Assembly: GCA_048013815.1 (NCBI GenBank)
Contig: CM106585.1
Span: 5,642,001-5,706,000, forward strand
Reading direction: 5' to 3'
DNA length: 64,000 nt
Source of the DNA: Setoptus koraiensis
Lineage: Eukaryota > Animalia > Arthropoda
Shown here: in pieces, positions 61,133 to 64,000 of the stretch
How the letters are laid out: every line of letters begins with the position of its first letter
How positions within the stretch are numbered: the first letter of the stretch is position 1
The notes under the pieces: generated by a model
Databases searched by the model: none
Seen by the model: only the letters and a program-made list of their open reading frames with translations
What the model was told of the DNA's origin: nothing
Program-made: the position numbers and the translations under genes

Positions 61133-63046
61133 ATGACAATCTACATTTCAAGTATCACTAAAATTATAGTCTTATTACTGACAATATCAATTGTGATTTG
61201 TGATATAGTATACTCAACCAGTATCAATTATGGGATACACCAGCAACCGATAACTGATATCAACCAATTAATGCCAAAATTGTGCCAGAATCAAACAATG
61301 ATATGCGAAGGGTCATTTTGCATTCCAGGTGTGAAGAAATGTGTCTGTGATCTAAGAAATCCAGTACAATTTGGTCGATATTGTCTAAGACAGTTGGATA
61401 TTGGCGTGCAGTGTTTTGCCACATCCCAATGTAACCATACTGTCAAAGACGCAATATGTATGGACGGAAGTTCAGAAAAAATTCTAGATGAAAAAACTTC
61501 AAAATTCAAATTAGATCAGTGGCAACAGCTCAACGATCTGCGTCAACAGTCTAATATTGCATCATCTACCAATATTCCACGCCCCTCTGCTGGTCAAACT
61601 AAGCAGAATTCTTCACTTAATCAAAATTCTCTACAAACCGACTCTAAAACCGACATTCCAACATCAAATCTTCGAAACTCCCCATACGAAATCGGTTATT
61701 TGGATCCGTACAAGCAACTTTACATGTTGAATAACGATACTAGTCAGCTCAGTCTTCAAGGACGATATAAGCTTGAAGAAAATCAAAATAGATTGGACAA
61801 TGGAAATTACAAGACACAAACATTATCGACTGTAGACAACGTCGCAAGTCCCATGCCACCAACCAAAGCAACACCGACATCAACGTCCATGGAATCGAAA
61901 GAAATCAAGGATACTATCGACGAGAGACCCTCGGATGATATCAAAAATATTCAGGACACGCTAGATCAGCAGACTAATTTGGATACTACCAGGATGAATC
62001 CATCAATCAATGATACTGCAACGTCGAATTCTCCTATCGTTACGTCCCTTCCAACAAGCACATACCAGCTGCAATCTGGACAAAAGAAAGTTCGACCCGG
62101 GAAATGGCCACCAGGCAGATGTTCCTGTTCCAAAGGTTTCATATTTGATCAAATGGTTCGTAAATGTTTACCTTTGTCATTGGCGGATGCACGTTGTAAA
62201 TCCGATGATGATTGTCGGTATATAGCTCGCACACATTGCGATCCTTCAAAGAACAAATGCCTGTGTGATGACCATCTGATATGGAGTGAACAAGAGCTAT
62301 CATGTAATAAAGAAAACGATACGGCCGAAGTGAAAGTTACCGGGGAGGAAACGGATGTTACGTGGAAGGGTGGGCCACAGTCTTCAAAAATATTCACACC
62401 AAATATAACAACATTTGTTATTTTTTCATTATGCGTAATATTTGGTACAGCATCGATTCTAATCATCACATATAAATGTTTCTCCACTAAAACATCATCC
62501 ACTCTTATCACTGCCTCTGACCGAGACAAGCGCAGAAGGCGAGCCAACAAACAAAAGTCTAAGAAGAGCTCCAAACAAAACTCCAAAAACGATCAAGTCA
62601 CTAGCGTTACAAAACCCTCATCCCAATTGTCTAATATCACGAAAGCGACAAGAGGTAGAATTCTCAACTATGACTTCGAAACAGGTAATACAAGTCCTGT
62701 CTCTTGTGCCAATCCAGCAACACCTAACAGGCAAACCAGAAATTCAATATCTTCGCTCAGCTCCGACACAACTGTTAAGAGTTTGAATAACCTTGACTGC
62801 GAGGACAGCGATGGCTCCGATTTAGACAAAAGCGACGGAGGAGTTGCCAATCCTACGATGCTACCACCGTCACCGGTACCTAGTCAGCCCCATTATATGA
62901 TGACATCAGCTCTGAAGGGAGCCAGTGCACCTTCAGCAATTGCGGCCGCCGCAGCAGCTGCAGCGAGAAAAAGAAAGGAGCGTCAGAGCGGACATCTCAC
63001 CGATTCAAACGCCAATCACAAACCACACGACCCAGTTTTTCTATGA
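61133..63046 (+). CDS. Type I membrane protein with Cys-rich EB-like modules and a mucin-like insert; single exon, 637 aa
   Basis: Signal peptide, Cys clusters (CQNQTMICEGSFC..CVC..RYC; CSCSKGF..KC; CKSDDDC..HC..KCLC..SC), a TM segment (FVIFSLCVIFGTASILIITY) followed by basic residues, and a Ser-rich tail. Confidence 0.8.
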   Translation: MTIYISSITKIIVLLLTISIVICDIVYSTSINYGIHQQPITDINQLMPKLCQNQTMICEGSFCIPGVKKCVCDLRNPVQFGRYCLRQLDIGVQCFATSQCNHTVKDAICMDGSSEKILDEKTSKFKLDQWQQLNDLRQQSNIASSTNIPRPSAGQTKQNSSLNQNSLQTDSKTDIPTSNLRNSPYEIGYLDPYKQLYMLNNDTSQLSLQGRYKLEENQNRLDNGNYKTQTLSTVDNVASPMPPTKATPTSTSMESKEIKDTIDERPSDDIKNIQDTLDQQTNLDTTRMNPSINDTATSNSPIVTSLPTSTYQLQSGQKKVRPGKWPPGRCSCSKGFIFDQMVRKCLPLSLADARCKSDDDCRYIARTHCDPSKNKCLCDDHLIWSEQELSCNKENDTAEVKVTGEETDVTWKGGPQSSKIFTPNITTFVIFSLCVIFGTASILIITYKCFSTKTSSTLITASDRDKRRRRANKQKSKKSSKQNSKNDQVTSVTKPSSQLSNITKATRGRILNYDFETGNTSPVSCANPATPNRQTRNSISSLSSDTTVKSLNNLDCEDSDGSDLDKSDGGVANPTMLPPSPVPSQPHYMMTSALKGASAPSAIAAAAAAAARKRKERQSGHLTDSNANHKPHDPVFL

Positions 63047-63778
63047 TTTGGTTTAATACTCCAACATTGAAATATACATGGGCTATTCATTAGGAATGAG
63101 AACCTCAATTTGAAGCACACTGATACTTTTCATGCTGCTCTTTCCGCTAGCATAAAATTCTGCTGCGAATCCACGGCCATTGCTTTATTTTGACTATGAT
63201 GGCTTAGATCGCGGACTTTACTCGCTTTTAAAACATCTGCGGCATTTTTTATATATTGACTTGTACTGTTGAAATCTCTTGTATTTGTTACTATTCCTAC
63301 TTATAGAGAATTGTTTTACTTGTGCTAAAGTTACTAGCTAATGTTTTATAAACGTTTTATAGGCACGCGACACATCGATAAGTGAAAAATAAATTCTGTT
63401 ACAAATGGACAGCAGTCTTTTATGCAAACACTTATTTTGGCGAGTGATCCAAAGATTACACGTTTCCCCTTCGTCGGATTCTAAAACAATAATAATTATA
63501 TATTTGATTGAATTTGAGTAGAGGATTCAAAGGATTTTCTCTCCACGGTAGTGTGACTACGACAATAGTACATATCGAAAGATGATGTTTGGACTGAGTT
63601 AACTAAACACTTCTAACCGAAGCAAAGTGAAACAAAATCAGACGCGGTGGAATTCTATGATTTTAGTGTTTGGTTGACAATAACTTAATTTTTATTCTCT
63701 TGCAAAAGACGCAAACTTCATTAGCATTTGTGAATTGAGTGTAACTGGGCGGAATCCGAAAGTATGTCAATTTGTTGT

Positions 63779-63931
63779 CTATTTGCCTTTGCCGACTGGA
63801 TGCTTATCGTGCCATCCAAAAGCTCCCTTTTTGGCTGTCCAAGCGCCCATGTCCAACCAACCTTTGGCTCCATGTCCGTGGTGACCATGATGACCTAAGT
63901 GTGTAGTAAGTGATAGTTGAATCAGAGCTAA
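63779..63931 (-). CDS. Terminal exon of a small secreted His/Gly/Trp-rich peptide; the gene continues past the window end
   Basis: GTAAGT donor at 63994, ctaacAG acceptor at 63932 (alternative ttAG at 63928). The frame reads LALIQLSLTTHLGHHGHHGHGAKGWLDMGAWTAKKGAFGWHDKHPVGKGK*. It is absent from the ORF track, which called a different frame. Confidence 0.7.
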   Translation of the reverse strand, partial: LALIQLSLTTHLGHHGHHGHGAKGWLDMGAWTAKKGAFGWHDKHPVGKGK

Positions 63932-64000
63932 CTGTTAGAAATATCCCAAACAAAATGTAAGAATAGATTCGTTTGGATGCTGGCAATTACTTACTTGCTG

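Overview
Eukaryotic genomic DNA from a compact, intron-poor animal genome. The gene set and short GT-AG introns point to an arthropod, probably a mite; this is an inference. Recognisable protein genes, with exons resolved by hand: ECSIT (-), PIGL (+), a very long LIV-1/ZIP zinc transporter (+), MAU2 (-, 4 exons), an NPC2/ML-domain protein (+, 3 exons), TMEM135 (+, 5 exons), a secreted low-complexity protein (-), a jitterbug-type filamin with no actin-binding domain visible (-, 5 exons), an AGPAT3/4-type acyltransferase (-), SPTLC1 (+), B9D1 (+), DBNL/Abp1 (-), an EB-module type I membrane protein (+) and, at the right edge, a small His/Gly/Trp-rich peptide exon missed by the ORF track (-). AT-rich gene-dense blocks alternate with GC/CpG-rich blocks (~14.7-30.3 kb, ~41.2-44.3 kb) full of short drifting tandem repeats, where most ORF-track calls are artefacts. 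The most interesting unexplained signals are non-coding. One is a diverged let-7-like hairpin at ~51.0 kb whose ends coincide with a possible 70-nt GT-AG intron, with weaker miR-100-like and bantam-like hairpins upstream. Another is a ~430-nt strongly base-paired RNA domain (49-bp and 24-bp stems) just after the AGPAT stop. Two further multibranch-looking elements lie at ~20.4-20.8 kb and ~58.5-59.2 kb. All pairings were found by eye; no folding program or database search was run. No tRNA, rRNA, CRISPR array or transposase was found.
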